In this document: positions 17,201 to 28,028 of the stretch, in pieces | How positions within the stretch are numbered: position 1 is the first letter of the stretch | Layout of the letters: each line of letters begins with the position of its first letter | Virus record (IMG/VR): IMGVR_UViG_3300005439_000017 | Span: 20,020 to 84,019 of that record | DNA: 64,000 nucleotides | From: a virus | Taxonomy: Duplodnaviria; Caudoviricetes | Reading direction: 5' to 3' (one strand) | Notes under the pieces: model-generated | The model's database searches: none | What the model was told of the DNA's origin: nothing | Seen by the model: the letters and a program-made list of their open reading frames with translations, nothing else | Made by a program: the position numbers and the translations under genes

Positions 17201-20200
17201 ATGTTTCTGCTAACAGTAAACTTAATATACCTTCAGTTTGATTATCATAAGTTAATCTGGCTGTTGTATATTTATCACTAAACCTTTCCTTTTCAAAGAA
17301 TGGCTTATTTAAGTCTATAGAAGCTGTTATATTATAGTCAACATCCAAGATTGGAATATTGTAATCATTTCTAATGTTCCTGAATTGATTTATGTTCCAC
17401 TTGTTATTAACGAGTCTTGCTGTCGACAAGTTTATTATGTTTGTACTTCCAGATACTTGATATGAATTATACAAATAAAACTTATCGAATGTTCTGGTTA
17501 TTATTTCATTATTAGTAAAATCCTTAAACTTACTAGCATACGATATTGAACTAAATTGTTTAGATATATCTGGGTTATTGTTGTAAACTATATCCACTTC
17601 AAAAGGATATTTAGTAAAGTAAAATCTACCAACATTAGTAAGGGAATTATGCCTGAATATTTGAGTGGCTGTATACGAATAAAAATTCATATTATCAAAA
17701 CTATAAATACCTGGCTTATAATCATATATACTTCCCCAACATTTTAATTCAGGATAGTAACTGGTAGTAACAGATCTATCTATAAAATAAGTAGAATTAG
17801 TTAATAACATAATATCAAATGCTGCTCCATTATACCTATAAAAGCTCCCTTGTGCTTCACTAAAAACGACATCACCAACGTTATATATATTACCATCAAT
17901 AAACTTGCCCCTGAAGTTATTTAAATAGGTTTGCCTCATTTCGTAGTCCTTCTTAGTAAGAATATATCTTCTATACTTTTCATCCCAAGCTGCAGTATGA
18001 CCAACAGCATTAGGATTAGCAGGATTATCATAAAGAGGATAGAAATAGTCTTCATCTCTCATCTGATCTACTAGTTTAAGTTTTCCGTTATTTAGGAACC
18101 ATTTAATTCTACCATTAGAAGATATTTCATCAATTCCTTCATTAACGAGATATACTTTACCTTTACTAGAATCTGGATAGATTAAACCAAAAGGAGTTCC
18201 TAAGCTGGCCCATTGGCTTCTTGTTCCTCCATACCCTATATCAGAATAAACAATGTCTTTAACAGGTATAGCAAATATATCTCCAGAACCTAAGAAAGCG
18301 TTAGTATCCTCTGTTTTAAGTACTTCTCTTGCAACAGTTCTGGTTATGGAATTAGTAAGCTGAATGTAAAGATTATCATTACTTCTTTGAAGATTTTCTA
18401 TTTGGCCTCTATTCTTTTGTAAGTCTACATAATTAAGAGGTAAATACTGCCTAAAGTTATCTTGAACTCCTTCCAAATTATCTTTATCAGATCTGATTAT
18501 TCTTGTTGGAAACCTATAAGCAGCATTAGCTAATTCTTTACTTTGAATAACTGGCTGATAAGTATCATTAACTCTAGAATAGTCCTGATTATATAATATC
18601 ACATTACTAAAGAACGGGCTAATATTTAACACTCCTGTTCCGAGATCAGGATCTGTTAATCCATCGATAGTATTCAAAGGATATGCAGGATAATATATTT
18701 CATATGGTTGTACTCCTAAATATCTAAAGTTAATATTCACTGTAGATTGAGATACAAAGAAATGAGCTGTTCTATGAGATAAACTTGTTATAAGCGTTTG
18801 ATCTACTGGTTCTATAGGAGCAATGTTAGATGTTGATCGTAAGCAACAATTACCTACAAATACATCTCCACCAAATAATAGTATTCCATTTACTGCGTTT
18901 ATATCCTCCATAAGTCCAGTAAATGCTAATTCTTGTGCGTCAAATGAATTATATATATTTATCGTGTAAGAACAAGCTAACATCAATGGTGTTTGTGTAG
19001 GCCATACTAGCCCATAGGTAGATGGAGGATTAGATACATCATAGGTAGGACCGTTTATTACAGCAGCCATATCTGTATAGAATTCTACGAATACTGAATT
19101 ATCTACTTGATAATTGTAAATGTTCTTAGTAGTATTATAATAAACAAAATTAGTTTCAAATGGTTTATTAACAGTATTCTGTGTATAGAATATAGATCTA
19201 ACCCTTCTCATGGTATTTGAGTTAGCAGAAGAAGGGTTGTAGTTATTCAATGCTGGATTAGCATAATCTGCTATAAATCCAAACTTAAAATCTCCACTAT
19301 CAGGATACCAATTAAATGATGGGCTTATAGGTCCACCCAAAGCTGTGTGAGCTTTGAAGTGTGTTATTGTTTTTATATCTATATTTAATCCTTGAAATTC
19401 AGGCGAATAGCATCTCCAAGCTCTTTGTCCTATTTGTGATAAGAATGTAGGACCATCCTCTTTTGGATCACTAGAGGGTACAGATACTGATTTTCTTATA
19501 TTATAGGTTCCACTATTATTTAGATAGGTAATAAGATTACCTGTGGTCATAACAGCTTGAGGAATAGTTAAAGGATTAGATAATACTGTCGCATTACTTA
19601 AATCTCTTTTGGCATAATATATTTTGTAAGCTTGTATATTATTCTTTACTATAGGAGGTAATTGGAGCCCTCCTATCTGAATACCAAGGATAGTAGTATT
19701 AACTGTATCACTACCGTTTAAGAAATTTCCTCCTGTTGTAGTTGAGGTAACAGGCATAGGAAATTTATGGTGTCTTACTTTCTTATTTCTCAGGGTAGGG
19801 TATGTAACAGGATCTTGTGCTGTCAAATTAACAGGATTACCATTTATGTCAGCTCCCCAAATATCCCAATTAGAATTGTCAGAGTATAACTCGTTTTGAT
19901 TCTCCCAATACCCCATATTACTAGTAGCTAATGGATTATTGCTTGTGTCAAACAATTGAAATATTCTAGCATTACCATTAACCTGCTTAATATCATCAAA
20001 GCTTACAGTATCTATATTTAATGCAGCTTTAACAGCATTCTCTTGCCCAGGATCTAGATTAGACAGTAATGTGTCTTCAGGTATAGAAGATGGTATAGTA
20101 CCTTTATAAGCATCCCTGACAGTTCTTCCAGGAATGTGATATGCTTTGGTTTCTCTACCATTAGTCAATATAAAAGAGATATAGAATGCGTAAACTTCAT

Positions 20201-21272
20201 CATGTTGGTAACCCCTCTCTTTGAAGATAACTATATCGTCTTTATAGCTATCATCTAAAGTTGAATAGCCAATGTTTTTAACATCGGTAACATAATCAAG
20301 AGTCATTCTATTGACATACTTCTGTACTTCAATATCTGGTTTGGTAGACAGATTAGCTTGATATAATACACCTTCAAGCTGATTCAGTGTCTTTGCTGTT
20401 TCATATATAACACCATATTCCAGAACTTCTTCTAGAGATATTTCAGTATAACTTTCTTTTCCTGTGTAAGTGTAATCAATAAATGTATCAACAGTTGGTA
20501 ATTCTGCTACTATTCTTGGCGCTTGTAAAACCTGATCTTTAGCATATATAATACCTATTCTGAATCTTGGGTACAAAGTATCAAGATTAGTAAATGAAAA
20601 GGTTATAGATTTACTGCTAGGAGAACCTGACTCAGCACCATTATAGAATTGAGTAGTAAGCTTATCTGTAACAGATACCCAATTAGAAAACCCTATCCAA
20701 TTAGTTTGATTTCCATTCTCGTCCACATAGGCTATAAATGATTGATAGGTACCTGTTAGCAAATTACCACCAGTATTATTAACACCTTGAAGATTGAATC
20801 TTGGATATTTGTAGGAGAAAAATATATTCTGCTTAGTTACATTGGTGTTATCTATAACCTGATTCTGCACATCAGCATTTATCCATCTTGGAGGGTTTAA
20901 ATTATCAGTGAAATAAACTACTCTTTCTCCTTTGTAATTGAGTTTAAAAGTAGCTTGTATCTGATTAGTTATCTTAAAATTAAGAGCTGTTGTTGGTTGT
21001 ACTATAGAATAGAAATTGGCAGAATTATTGTATTTACCTATAATACATTGGTTTGTATCAGGATTAACAAGAAATAATACTTTCTCTTGTGTGTCAAGAG
21101 TTATACTACCTATAGGTAAATAACCTTCTGGCAGATTCTGCAAAAAATCTGTGCTTCTTTCATTTGTTATAGAACCAAACTCTTCTGTAAGATTACCGTT
21201 CCTTATATAAGGAGAAGTAAACTTAGGTTGATTTAATGGATCTGTATCAGTATTTAGTCCTTTTACCAGCAT
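17178..21272 (-). CDS. Tail muzzle / stabilization protein (P22 gp10-like)
   Basis: 1364 aa, N-terminal KGLNTDTDPLNQP motif, beta-rich, and in the canonical position in the crAss tail module. Confidence 0.8.
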   Translation of the reverse strand: MLVKGLNTDTDPLNQPKFTSPYIRNGNLTEEFGSITNERSTDFLQNLPEGYLPIGSITLDTQEKVLFLVNPDTNQCIIGKYNNSANFYSIVQPTTALNFKITNQIQATFKLNYKGERVVYFTDNLNPPRWINADVQNQVIDNTNVTKQNIFFSYKYPRFNLQGVNNTGGNLLTGTYQSFIAYVDENGNQTNWIGFSNWVSVTDKLTTQFYNGAESGSPSSKSITFSFTNLDTLYPRFRIGIIYAKDQVLQAPRIVAELPTVDTFIDYTYTGKESYTEISLEEVLEYGVIYETAKTLNQLEGVLYQANLSTKPDIEVQKYVNRMTLDYVTDVKNIGYSTLDDSYKDDIVIFKERGYQHDEVYAFYISFILTNGRETKAYHIPGRTVRDAYKGTIPSSIPEDTLLSNLDPGQENAVKAALNIDTVSFDDIKQVNGNARIFQLFDTSNNPLATSNMGYWENQNELYSDNSNWDIWGADINGNPVNLTAQDPVTYPTLRNKKVRHHKFPMPVTSTTTGGNFLNGSDTVNTTILGIQIGGLQLPPIVKNNIQAYKIYYAKRDLSNATVLSNPLTIPQAVMTTGNLITYLNNSGTYNIRKSVSVPSSDPKEDGPTFLSQIGQRAWRCYSPEFQGLNIDIKTITHFKAHTALGGPISPSFNWYPDSGDFKFGFIADYANPALNNYNPSSANSNTMRRVRSIFYTQNTVNKPFETNFVYYNTTKNIYNYQVDNSVFVEFYTDMAAVINGPTYDVSNPPSTYGLVWPTQTPLMLACSYTINIYNSFDAQELAFTGLMEDINAVNGILLFGGDVFVGNCCLRSTSNIAPIEPVDQTLITSLSHRTAHFFVSQSTVNINFRYLGVQPYEIYYPAYPLNTIDGLTDPDLGTGVLNISPFFSNVILYNQDYSRVNDTYQPVIQSKELANAAYRFPTRIIRSDKDNLEGVQDNFRQYLPLNYVDLQKNRGQIENLQRSNDNLYIQLTNSITRTVAREVLKTEDTNAFLGSGDIFAIPVKDIVYSDIGYGGTRSQWASLGTPFGLIYPDSSKGKVYLVNEGIDEISSNGRIKWFLNNGKLKLVDQMRDEDYFYPLYDNPANPNAVGHTAAWDEKYRRYILTKKDYEMRQTYLNNFRGKFIDGNIYNVGDVVFSEAQGSFYRYNGAAFDIMLLTNSTYFIDRSVTTSYYPELKCWGSIYDYKPGIYSFDNMNFYSYTATQIFRHNSLTNVGRFYFTKYPFEVDIVYNNNPDISKQFSSISYASKFKDFTNNEIITRTFDKFYLYNSYQVSGSTNIINLSTARLVNNKWNINQFRNIRNDYNIPILDVDYNITASIDLNKPFFEKERFSDKYTTARLTYDNQTEGILSLLLAETFDNEKER

Positions 21273-22033
21273 TAAATGTCAAGCCTTTCCTGTCTAGAAA
21301 GTGTTGTAAAGAATGTAGAACCCCTATTTATTTCAGGTAATAGTCTCACCCACATATTCTTTATATTCTCAAGTGTTGGTAGATCTGGAGCCATTGCTTT
21401 AGCTCCTGCTTGCCCACAATACCATTGCCATTTAGCTTCAGCAGCTTCGTATCTTGTACTCTTATTCTCGAACCAATCTGGTAACAAGAGCTGCTTAGCA
21501 CAATACCAGAAACATGCTTGTTTATATGATATATCATCAGGTATTTCTGGAAACCCATCTTCGTCAACTCTAAGAGCAGAATAGGCTATGTATATATCAC
21601 CATCTTTAAAATTAGTCTTTATGTAGCAAGGGTCTATTGTATATGTCCACTCTGTAGGACATTGTGTGTTTCTAATGTCTAATAGAATAGGATTTCCATT
21701 CAATTTATCAAGTGTTATAGTATCTACTACTTTAGGGGTATGGTTGATAAGCGTGTTACCAAACACACTAGTACTTGGTAATAATGGAAATCCATTAAAG
21801 TATATATAATTAAGCTTATGGAAGTTACAAGGGAGTTTCACCTTATAATCTTTTATAGTAAGCTTACAGTATCTATCCTCTAATTGTTGTGGGGCTTGGA
21901 TAGCCTCTAGCGCTTCACCACACCATTCTACAAGATCTACCCACCTCTCAGCATCCTGAAAGTTAAGATCTCTGTAAACCTTAGCTATTACTTCTTTAAC
22001 ACTTGTGAATGAATATATCATTATACTTGCCAA
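21272..22033 (-). CDS. Tail ring (tubular) protein
   Basis: SVKEVIAKVYRDL...VEWCGEAL and DEDGFPEIPD motifs, adjacent to the muzzle gene. Confidence 0.7.
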   Translation of the reverse strand: MASIMIYSFTSVKEVIAKVYRDLNFQDAERWVDLVEWCGEALEAIQAPQQLEDRYCKLTIKDYKVKLPCNFHKLNYIYFNGFPLLPSTSVFGNTLINHTPKVVDTITLDKLNGNPILLDIRNTQCPTEWTYTIDPCYIKTNFKDGDIYIAYSALRVDEDGFPEIPDDISYKQACFWYCAKQLLLPDWFENKSTRYEAAEAKWQWYCGQAGAKAMAPDLPTLENIKNMWVRLLPEINRGSTFFTTLSRQERLDI

Positions 22034-22476
22034 TAATCAACTTTGCCTGACTTTATTAAGGCTGCCAGTTGCCTTTTATTACCTCTTGATGGTATAAACG
22101 AATAGTGCTTCCTATTCTTTACGAATACTATATTCTTCCTCCATCTAAACCTGAAAATATATCCCCTTGTATGATCATTAAAGAAGTATACCGTTTCACC
22201 AACCTCTCTGGTTGTCTTGAAATCAATATACATCTTTCTCATACTATTCTTTCTTTTTATTATCGACAGCTCACCTAGACCATAAGGCAATTTAATGATC
22301 TCAGATTCATTCAAAAGCAGATCTGATATCTTCTGCATACCAGCATGGGTTATCTCGCTAAATCGCTTATAATCCACGTAGAAATCGCTTCCTTTAGGAT
22401 TAATGCTTTTATAGAACTTATAAACATCTTTTATTCTAAAGTCTACTTTGTTTTTCTGCTTACCTCGCTTCGACAT
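22021..22476 (-). CDS. HU/IHF-like DNA-binding protein
   Basis: EIIKLPYGLGELSIIKRK arm motif. Start is probably MSKRGK at 22476. Confidence 0.65.
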   Translation of the reverse strand: MSKRGKQKNKVDFRIKDVYKFYKSINPKGSDFYVDYKRFSEITHAGMQKISDLLLNESEIIKLPYGLGELSIIKRKNSMRKMYIDFKTTREVGETVYFFNDHTRGYIFRFRWRKNIVFVKNRKHYSFIPSRGNKRQLAALIKSGKVDYWQV

Positions 22477-23143
22477 CTGGTTGTTTAGTATTATCGTTAT
22501 TGTTATCTTTATCAGAGAATTGATTGAAATATACATCTAATTCTCCTTTTCTAAGCAGATCGAAAGCTGCTGATTCTAACCAATTAACAGAAGGATATTC
22601 CTGATCATAAGAGAAACAAGCTTCTCCTGTACAAGTCTTATAGTTTCTACCATCTGTAGGATCGTCCAGTATACCTCTAACATTTATATGAGTTAATGCA
22701 ACATCATTAATAATATAGATCTTGTTTCCTCTGGTCATATAATACTTCTGGTTTTTTGTGTATTTTCCATACTTAGACCAGCGTATTCTTGGAACAGATA
22801 TAGGTTGAAAATCTGTAATTTTATCAACAGATCCTACAAAAGTAATTAGATTCTTTTTATATACCTCTACGAATTTGGGTACATCTTTAACTGTTCTTAG
22901 AATATAACAGTCAGTTTGTATATCAGAGCACTCTGACTTGTCCACGAGTTCTAGCTCAAGAAGTCCTAGATCTTGTTCAATTTGTGGATTGACTGTATGA
23001 CCATTCTCATAATCTCGTCTGAGTATAACAGCTCTTCCTCTGTTAAATAGATATAACAGAAAAGCGTCTGACAATTTAGAATCATCAGTACGCTCTTTTA
23101 TAATCTTTCTTGTTGCACTTATTATCTCTCTAGCTGTGCTCAT
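22460..23143 (-). CDS. Tail ring protein (crAss-like)
   Basis: 227 aa with DDSKLSD...QDLG.LELELVD..C...CYILRT pattern, located in the tail module. Confidence 0.65.
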   Translation of the reverse strand: MSTAREIISATRKIIKERTDDSKLSDAFLLYLFNRGRAVILRRDYENGHTVNPQIEQDLGLLELELVDKSECSDIQTDCYILRTVKDVPKFVEVYKKNLITFVGSVDKITDFQPISVPRIRWSKYGKYTKNQKYYMTRGNKIYIINDVALTHINVRGILDDPTDGRNYKTCTGEACFSYDQEYPSVNWLESAAFDLLRKGELDVYFNQFSDKDNNNDNTKQPDVEAR

Positions 23144-23159
23144 TATATCTTATGTTTAG

Positions 23160-23230
23160 CAGGAGTGGAGAGATTCGAACTCCCATCAACGGTTTTGGAG
23201 ACCGCTATTCTACCCTTGAACTACACCGCT
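23160..23230 (-). tRNA. trnW: tRNA-Trp (CCA)
   Basis: Cloverleaf AGCGGTG...GCGGT-CTCCAAA-ACCGT...GGGAG-TTCGAAT-CTCTC-CACTCCT-G. One C3:C70 mismatch, and CCA is not encoded. Confidence 0.92.
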
Positions 23231-23270
23231 GTGTGGGTTGTTTTAGGCACACCCCTAAGCCTATAAACTA

Positions 23271-24020
23271 CTACCTATTCTTCTGATATGCAGCGTCAGA
23301 TATTGAGAAGTATTTACCGCATGTCATGCAGTGTAACCTTCTTTTAATTGATCCTGAAGCTGTTATTCTTGTACCATTTGATATTGTTCTCTTGCTGGTA
23401 CATTCCGGACAATCACATATTGATTTACCAATCATTACTGCCCTGTGAACTTGATGTGCAACATAAGGATTGAGTTTCTCGTATACTTTCTCAAGTAGAA
23501 CAACATCTTTTTTACAATAATCCACCATCTTTTTCATAGCAGATTTGTCGTTGTTAGACACAATGGCTTTCCATAATCCAAATCCAGTCTCATTCTTTCT
23601 ACCAATACCGAGGAATTTAGAAATATAGTCCAGTCTGTTTGAATTAAATCTGAATCCTTTTCTGCTCAGCTTCAATGTATCTATTGTTTGATAATCCGGA
23701 AACATTGGAATACCATGATATAAACATCTGGTTCTTAACCATTTCAAATCAAATTGATCCCCGTTGTGACCTGTGATTTCATCAGCCTCTTCCAATACTC
23801 TGGAGAATTTCTTAAGCATTTCCTTATCATCACCATTCTTCCATTCTAAAGAATACACTTGTTTTTCTCCTTCCCATTTCCAACAGATACAAATGATAGC
23901 TCTTTCTTGCACAATGTTATCGTAATCAATACTGATCTTCCTACCAACATTCCAAGAGAATACTATGTTAGGAGACGTTTCGATATCGAAAAAGAGCCTT
24001 TTAAATTTTTTATTTGTCAT
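23271..24020 (-). CDS. RNase H-fold 3'-5' exonuclease (DnaQ/YprB-like) with C-terminal Zn ribbon
   Basis: FFDIETSP, TGHNGDQFDLKWL and YCKKDV motifs, then CPEC...CMTC. Confidence 0.85.
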   Translation of the reverse strand: MTNKKFKRLFFDIETSPNIVFSWNVGRKISIDYDNIVQERAIICICWKWEGEKQVYSLEWKNGDDKEMLKKFSRVLEEADEITGHNGDQFDLKWLRTRCLYHGIPMFPDYQTIDTLKLSRKGFRFNSNRLDYISKFLGIGRKNETGFGLWKAIVSNNDKSAMKKMVDYCKKDVVLLEKVYEKLNPYVAHQVHRAVMIGKSICDCPECTSKRTISNGTRITASGSIKRRLHCMTCGKYFSISDAAYQKNR

Positions 24021-24042
24021 ATTTTATAGTAATTTATGAGTG

Positions 24043-24073
24043 CAAAGGTAATACTATTTTTGACATTTCCAAA
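24043..24073 (-). promoter_or_regulatory. Bacteroidota primary-sigma promoter
   Basis: TTTG-N19-TACCTTTG upstream of the exonuclease gene. Confidence 0.8.
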
Positions 24074-24091
24074 ATTATTTTCATAATTTCT

Positions 24092-24682
24092 TTATTTCGA
24101 TATCATAATATCCTGAATATGAACTATTTCATCATTAGGATTATTTGATCTCACATCTGTATAAGTTGATTTACCCCATTTCCAAGGTTTGTACCAAGGA
24201 GCTTTATTCCTTTTCCTATATGTATACTTTGTTAGATATAGGCTATGTTCAATATCAAGCTTCACACTGTCTGGCTTCACGATACCTTCAATCTTGTTAA
24301 ATTGATCCTCATAAAAGAATGTCTTGATAGTATCTGTTGAATCCTTTATAGGTACGTAGAAAGTCTCTTTGGTGTTTATTTGCGTTTTAAACGCATTTTG
24401 CAAGTTTTTGGAACTAGTGCCTGTCTTTGATTCAAAGTCTTCTCTAATGTCATTAAAAAGGGTTTTAAAGGTATTCATATTAGATTCTATTGTCTTTGAC
24501 TGTGCTGTAAATACACTATCGTTCTTAGCTTTATAATAAGCTATAACAGACTCTTCTTTTATCTTGTAACTAGTTTCAATATTTTGTCTTAGATTTTTCT
24601 CATGCTTTGCTCTATCCCATAGATAAGCTATTCCAGATATAAATACTAATACAGCAGTTATTTCTATTAATGTTCTTTTCAT
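24092..24682 (-). CDS. Membrane-anchored coiled-coil protein, possible spanin (Rz-like)
   Basis: Single N-terminal TM helix and coiled coil, immediately downstream of the lysozyme. Confidence 0.45.
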   Translation of the reverse strand: MKRTLIEITAVLVFISGIAYLWDRAKHEKNLRQNIETSYKIKEESVIAYYKAKNDSVFTAQSKTIESNMNTFKTLFNDIREDFESKTGTSSKNLQNAFKTQINTKETFYVPIKDSTDTIKTFFYEDQFNKIEGIVKPDSVKLDIEHSLYLTKYTYRKRNKAPWYKPWKWGKSTYTDVRSNNPNDEIVHIQDIMISK

Positions 24683-24683
24683 A

Positions 24684-25133
24684 TTATTTCTTAAAATATA
24701 GTTCAGCTTCTTTTTCTCTCCTTCTTACCAATCCCTGTAATACTTTGCCATTGCTCTTATTCCATTTTGCAAATTCATCTTTTATAGAAGGATCGTTTGG
24801 ATTAATATTTACTTTCCTAAGTAAAGTGCTGATTTTTAGATTGTTCAATCCGCAATTATAGGCAAAATCTACCAATGCATCAAATTGATTCTGAGTTATT
24901 GTCCTCTTAACTATAGAGGTTACTCCCGTTTCAAATCCCTTTAGAGTATTCTTTAGTAATTCTACAGCTCTGTGTTCTGTAATAGGAGTATCATTCATAG
25001 TAACTTTGGCACCATTCTCATAGAACGTATTACCAAACCCTATTGTTGGTATTTTAGAGGGGCAAAGATATGGTTTAGGACTAAAGCCTTCAAACTCCTT
25101 TATAAGAGATATTAGATTTTCTGATCCTATCAT
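24684..25133 (-). CDS. Endolysin, GH24 phage lysozyme
   Basis: IKEFEG...YLCPSKIPTIGFG, QFDALVDFAYNCG and GLVRRREKEAELY motifs. Start is probably MIGSEN at 25133 (TAATG overlap). Confidence 0.92.
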   Translation of the reverse strand: MIGSENLISLIKEFEGFSPKPYLCPSKIPTIGFGNTFYENGAKVTMNDTPITEHRAVELLKNTLKGFETGVTSIVKRTITQNQFDALVDFAYNCGLNNLKISTLLRKVNINPNDPSIKDEFAKWNKSNGKVLQGLVRRREKEAELYFKK

Positions 25134-25459
25134 TATTTGGTAAATTTCTTTATAACGAATGTAATATTTAAATTTGCAGAGTTCCAACCAAGAACGTCTT
25201 GTATATACAATGTTTGAGGTGCCGAAGAACTAAACACTGTTTTTAACAACTCAACCGATTGTAAAGAATTACCACCCACTGCTAAGGCTAATAACACATC
25301 TGTCCCACCATTAGTCGTTCCTATTTTCAATCCTCCAGTCATTGCGTTGGCTGTAGTATTCTCAACAATAGTATCTTGTATTTGATATCCAGCAGGGATT
25401 GTAGTAGTTGCATCATTTACAAGTCCTACTAGCTTTATTGTGCCTTTATTATACGCCAT
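25133..25459 (-). CDS. Small beta-rich tail-fibre-associated protein
   Basis: ~108 aa from MAYNKG, translationally coupled to the fibre gene. Confidence 0.5.
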   Translation of the reverse strand: MAYNKGTIKLVGLVNDATTTIPAGYQIQDTIVENTTANAMTGGLKIGTTNGGTDVLLALAVGGNSLQSVELLKTVFSSSAPQTLYIQDVLGWNSANLNITFVIKKFTK

Positions 25460-27228
25460 TATTTTATCATCCAAAATACTATACCATCGTTCACTGCTAC
25501 TAACTCTACTAATTCATTAGCTACCGAGAGTGTTAACACAGCCCCTGGTACGCCATCTCTTTCGATTCTATCGGTGCCATTTGGAGTTATATCCAATGTG
25601 GCTCCTGCTTCAGTAGTATTCTTTATAACTAATCTTTTACCTACTCCTACAGTAGATATAGCAGGCAAATTAAGTACTGTTGATGTTGCCACTGCTGACA
25701 CACTGTAAAGTATATAGTCATCTGCTGTCGCTGTTGCTGTAGGGCTTATAAAAGATCTTATTTTGCTAGTACTATAGCTACCATTGTTATGTATAGTTGA
25801 TTTGATATTAGATCCTGTTATAGCTGCTCCAAATTTATCATTAAGAAAGGTAAATCTAATAGTTTCTGCTCCAGATGAACCTGACCATATAGAAAACGGT
25901 ATAGTTCCTATCCACATATTGGTACTATTACCAACAGATCCAGTACTTATTTCCGTACTATTAGCAATATCTAAATTCCCTAATTGAGAATAAGATGTAC
26001 CAAATGTAGTTATGCCAAACCCATTTCCAGTACTATTAAATATATATTGACTGGTACTTCCTGTATTGGTATTGTTCTGGATAGTATAGTAAAGATCTCC
26101 TGCCAAGGTGTTGGCTTGAAAAACACTACTACCATCAAATTGCCACTTATTTGATATATCGAATTGAGTTGCTGGCGCAGCAAACAGACCTACTCTGGTA
26201 TTAACAGTATCTATATAAATATTACTATTGGTATTGAACTTTGTTCCATCGAAAAACAACGCTCTGTTTGTAGTGTAAGTGTCATTTCCTGACCCTCCAT
26301 ATCCTACAGGTAATATTGCTAGTTTGGAAAGAACTCCTCCTGAACTTGTAACCACTACAGCCTGCGTAGCCCCTGCTAACTGGTCTATTTTAACATTTCT
26401 ACCAATATCTATTGTTATAGCTGATGCCCCATTTATAGCCAAAGTAATTGGTTGTGTATCATTTGTTCCTACAACCATAGAAGCTCCGAAGCTGTTGCCT
26501 CCTTGCTTTATAGCATCAGTTATTCCATACCCAGCAAGAGTAGTTGGCTTGCCAGTAATCTTTCCCCAACCAAGGCTTACTATTTTTACATCAGTTACAT
26601 TATTATCTAGTATTTTAGCTGTTGTAATAGCATCATTAGCTATTGTAGCAACACCATCGTTGGTGATAGTAACATCGCCTGATAATTGTACAGCTGTTGC
26701 AACATTTGAAGCGTTACCTACAAATATATATCCGTCTTGTAGAGATGCTGTCATAAAAGACGAGAAGCTTAGTTGCCCAGCACCATCGGTTATTAACGCT
26801 TGTCCTGATGTTCCGTCAGCTCCTGGTAGCAACAATGTGAGGTCTGCTAATTGCGTAGACGGACCTATAAGACTAGTTCCAAATGAAGGGTCTGCTCCAA
26901 ATATCTTTAGAGCGTTACCACTTCCAGATTCTCCTAGATAAATATCACCAAAAAATGATTTTATTCCCTGAAATGTCTGATAATCTGTGTTAACCAGCCC
27001 TCTCTGTGTGGCAGATGCGTCCAGATTATATAAACTATTAATAGCATTAACTATACTAGTGTCAACCAAGGGATTAACAATAGAATTAAGAGCCCCTATC
27101 CTTGTAAATAGGGTGCTGAGATCTATCTTTTTGGTAACACCATTGTTAGATAGTGCTAATAGATCCGCGTCTGCAGGAGTTCCAGAAAAAGCTGGTAATC
27201 CTGGTATTGGTACTACTGTTATTGCCAT
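25459..27228 (-). CDS. Tail fibre / receptor-binding protein
   Basis: 589 aa, Thr/Gly/Ser-rich, with fibre motifs (QTFQGIKSF, GQALITDGAGQLSF, ITGKPTTLAGYGITDA, QGGNSFG). Confidence 0.8.
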   Translation of the reverse strand: MAITVVPIPGLPAFSGTPADADLLALSNNGVTKKIDLSTLFTRIGALNSIVNPLVDTSIVNAINSLYNLDASATQRGLVNTDYQTFQGIKSFFGDIYLGESGSGNALKIFGADPSFGTSLIGPSTQLADLTLLLPGADGTSGQALITDGAGQLSFSSFMTASLQDGYIFVGNASNVATAVQLSGDVTITNDGVATIANDAITTAKILDNNVTDVKIVSLGWGKITGKPTTLAGYGITDAIKQGGNSFGASMVVGTNDTQPITLAINGASAITIDIGRNVKIDQLAGATQAVVVTSSGGVLSKLAILPVGYGGSGNDTYTTNRALFFDGTKFNTNSNIYIDTVNTRVGLFAAPATQFDISNKWQFDGSSVFQANTLAGDLYYTIQNNTNTGSTSQYIFNSTGNGFGITTFGTSYSQLGNLDIANSTEISTGSVGNSTNMWIGTIPFSIWSGSSGAETIRFTFLNDKFGAAITGSNIKSTIHNNGSYSTSKIRSFISPTATATADDYILYSVSAVATSTVLNLPAISTVGVGKRLVIKNTTEAGATLDITPNGTDRIERDGVPGAVLTLSVANELVELVAVNDGIVFWMIK

Positions 27229-27590
27229 TAATTAGCTCCTATATAGTTGAAATTGTCCTGAAGGAAATCCAGAACATTGTAATTATTATCTAGTGTTATA
27301 CCAGTATTAGTACTTAACCCACAACCAACTACTTTCTTTTTTAGATCTTCTAATATCCTATTAAACTGATCTTGAGTTATGCAATTAGTTATAGATGAAT
27401 CTGTTGTACCATCTGGATACTGGTTCCATTTAGATATGATATATAAATCCAGAATAAACAAGTAAAGACATTGAAAATCAATGTCCTTACAGTCTGTTCC
27501 TAAAGTCATTTTGTTAACCAGTTCCTTTGTTCTTTTTGCCATGCAAACATAGGAATTATTAACTAATGTATTAATTTCGTTAGTCGTCAT
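27228..27590 (-). CDS. Putative tail hub protein B-like
   Basis: 120-aa Cys-containing helical protein in the hub position of the crAss tail module. Confidence 0.45.
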   Translation of the reverse strand: MTTNEINTLVNNSYVCMAKRTKELVNKMTLGTDCKDIDFQCLYLFILDLYIISKWNQYPDGTTDSSITNCITQDQFNRILEDLKKKVVGCGLSTNTGITLDNNYNVLDFLQDNFNYIGAN

Positions 27591-27981
27591 TAAACATAAA
27601 TTCGATTATTGGCTGCATTTTGGAAGCTTCTATCGACTCATTAATTAGATCTAGCCTATTACTATCTTTAACTTTAAAAGGTATAAAATCTACCTCAAAA
27701 GCCATGAATTCTTCTTGGATTTCAGTCAATAGTCTAATAGCCTCTGGTTCATTTTCTCCAAATTGATAGGTATTTTCACTGACTTTTGGATTATTAGCTT
27801 CATCTCTTTCCACCAGCTTTTCTATTACTTCTTGTCTTTGTCTATCAAAGTCTTCAGCAATAGGGGGAAGAATTCTTTCGATTTTAATCTTGTTTTTAGC
27901 TAATTCATACCAAATTGGTGTTTTATCATTGGATAACGAATCAATTGATGCTTTTAATCTTAAAATGTCTTTAATCTGCAT
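27580..27981 (-). CDS. Hypothetical acidic helical phage protein
   Basis: Start is probably MQIKDIL at 27981, downstream of its own promoter. Confidence 0.6.
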   Translation of the reverse strand: MQIKDILRLKASIDSLSNDKTPIWYELAKNKIKIERILPPIAEDFDRQRQEVIEKLVERDEANNPKVSENTYQFGENEPEAIRLLTEIQEEFMAFEVDFIPFKVKDSNRLDLINESIEASKMQPIIEFMFNDD

Positions 27982-27997
27982 ATTATTTTGTTTTATA

Positions 27998-28028
27998 CAA
28001 ATATACGAAAAATTATCCACATCCGCAA
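27998..28028 (-). promoter_or_regulatory. Bacteroidota primary-sigma promoter
   Basis: TTG-N20-TATATTTG, overlapping the end of the upstream gene. Confidence 0.7.
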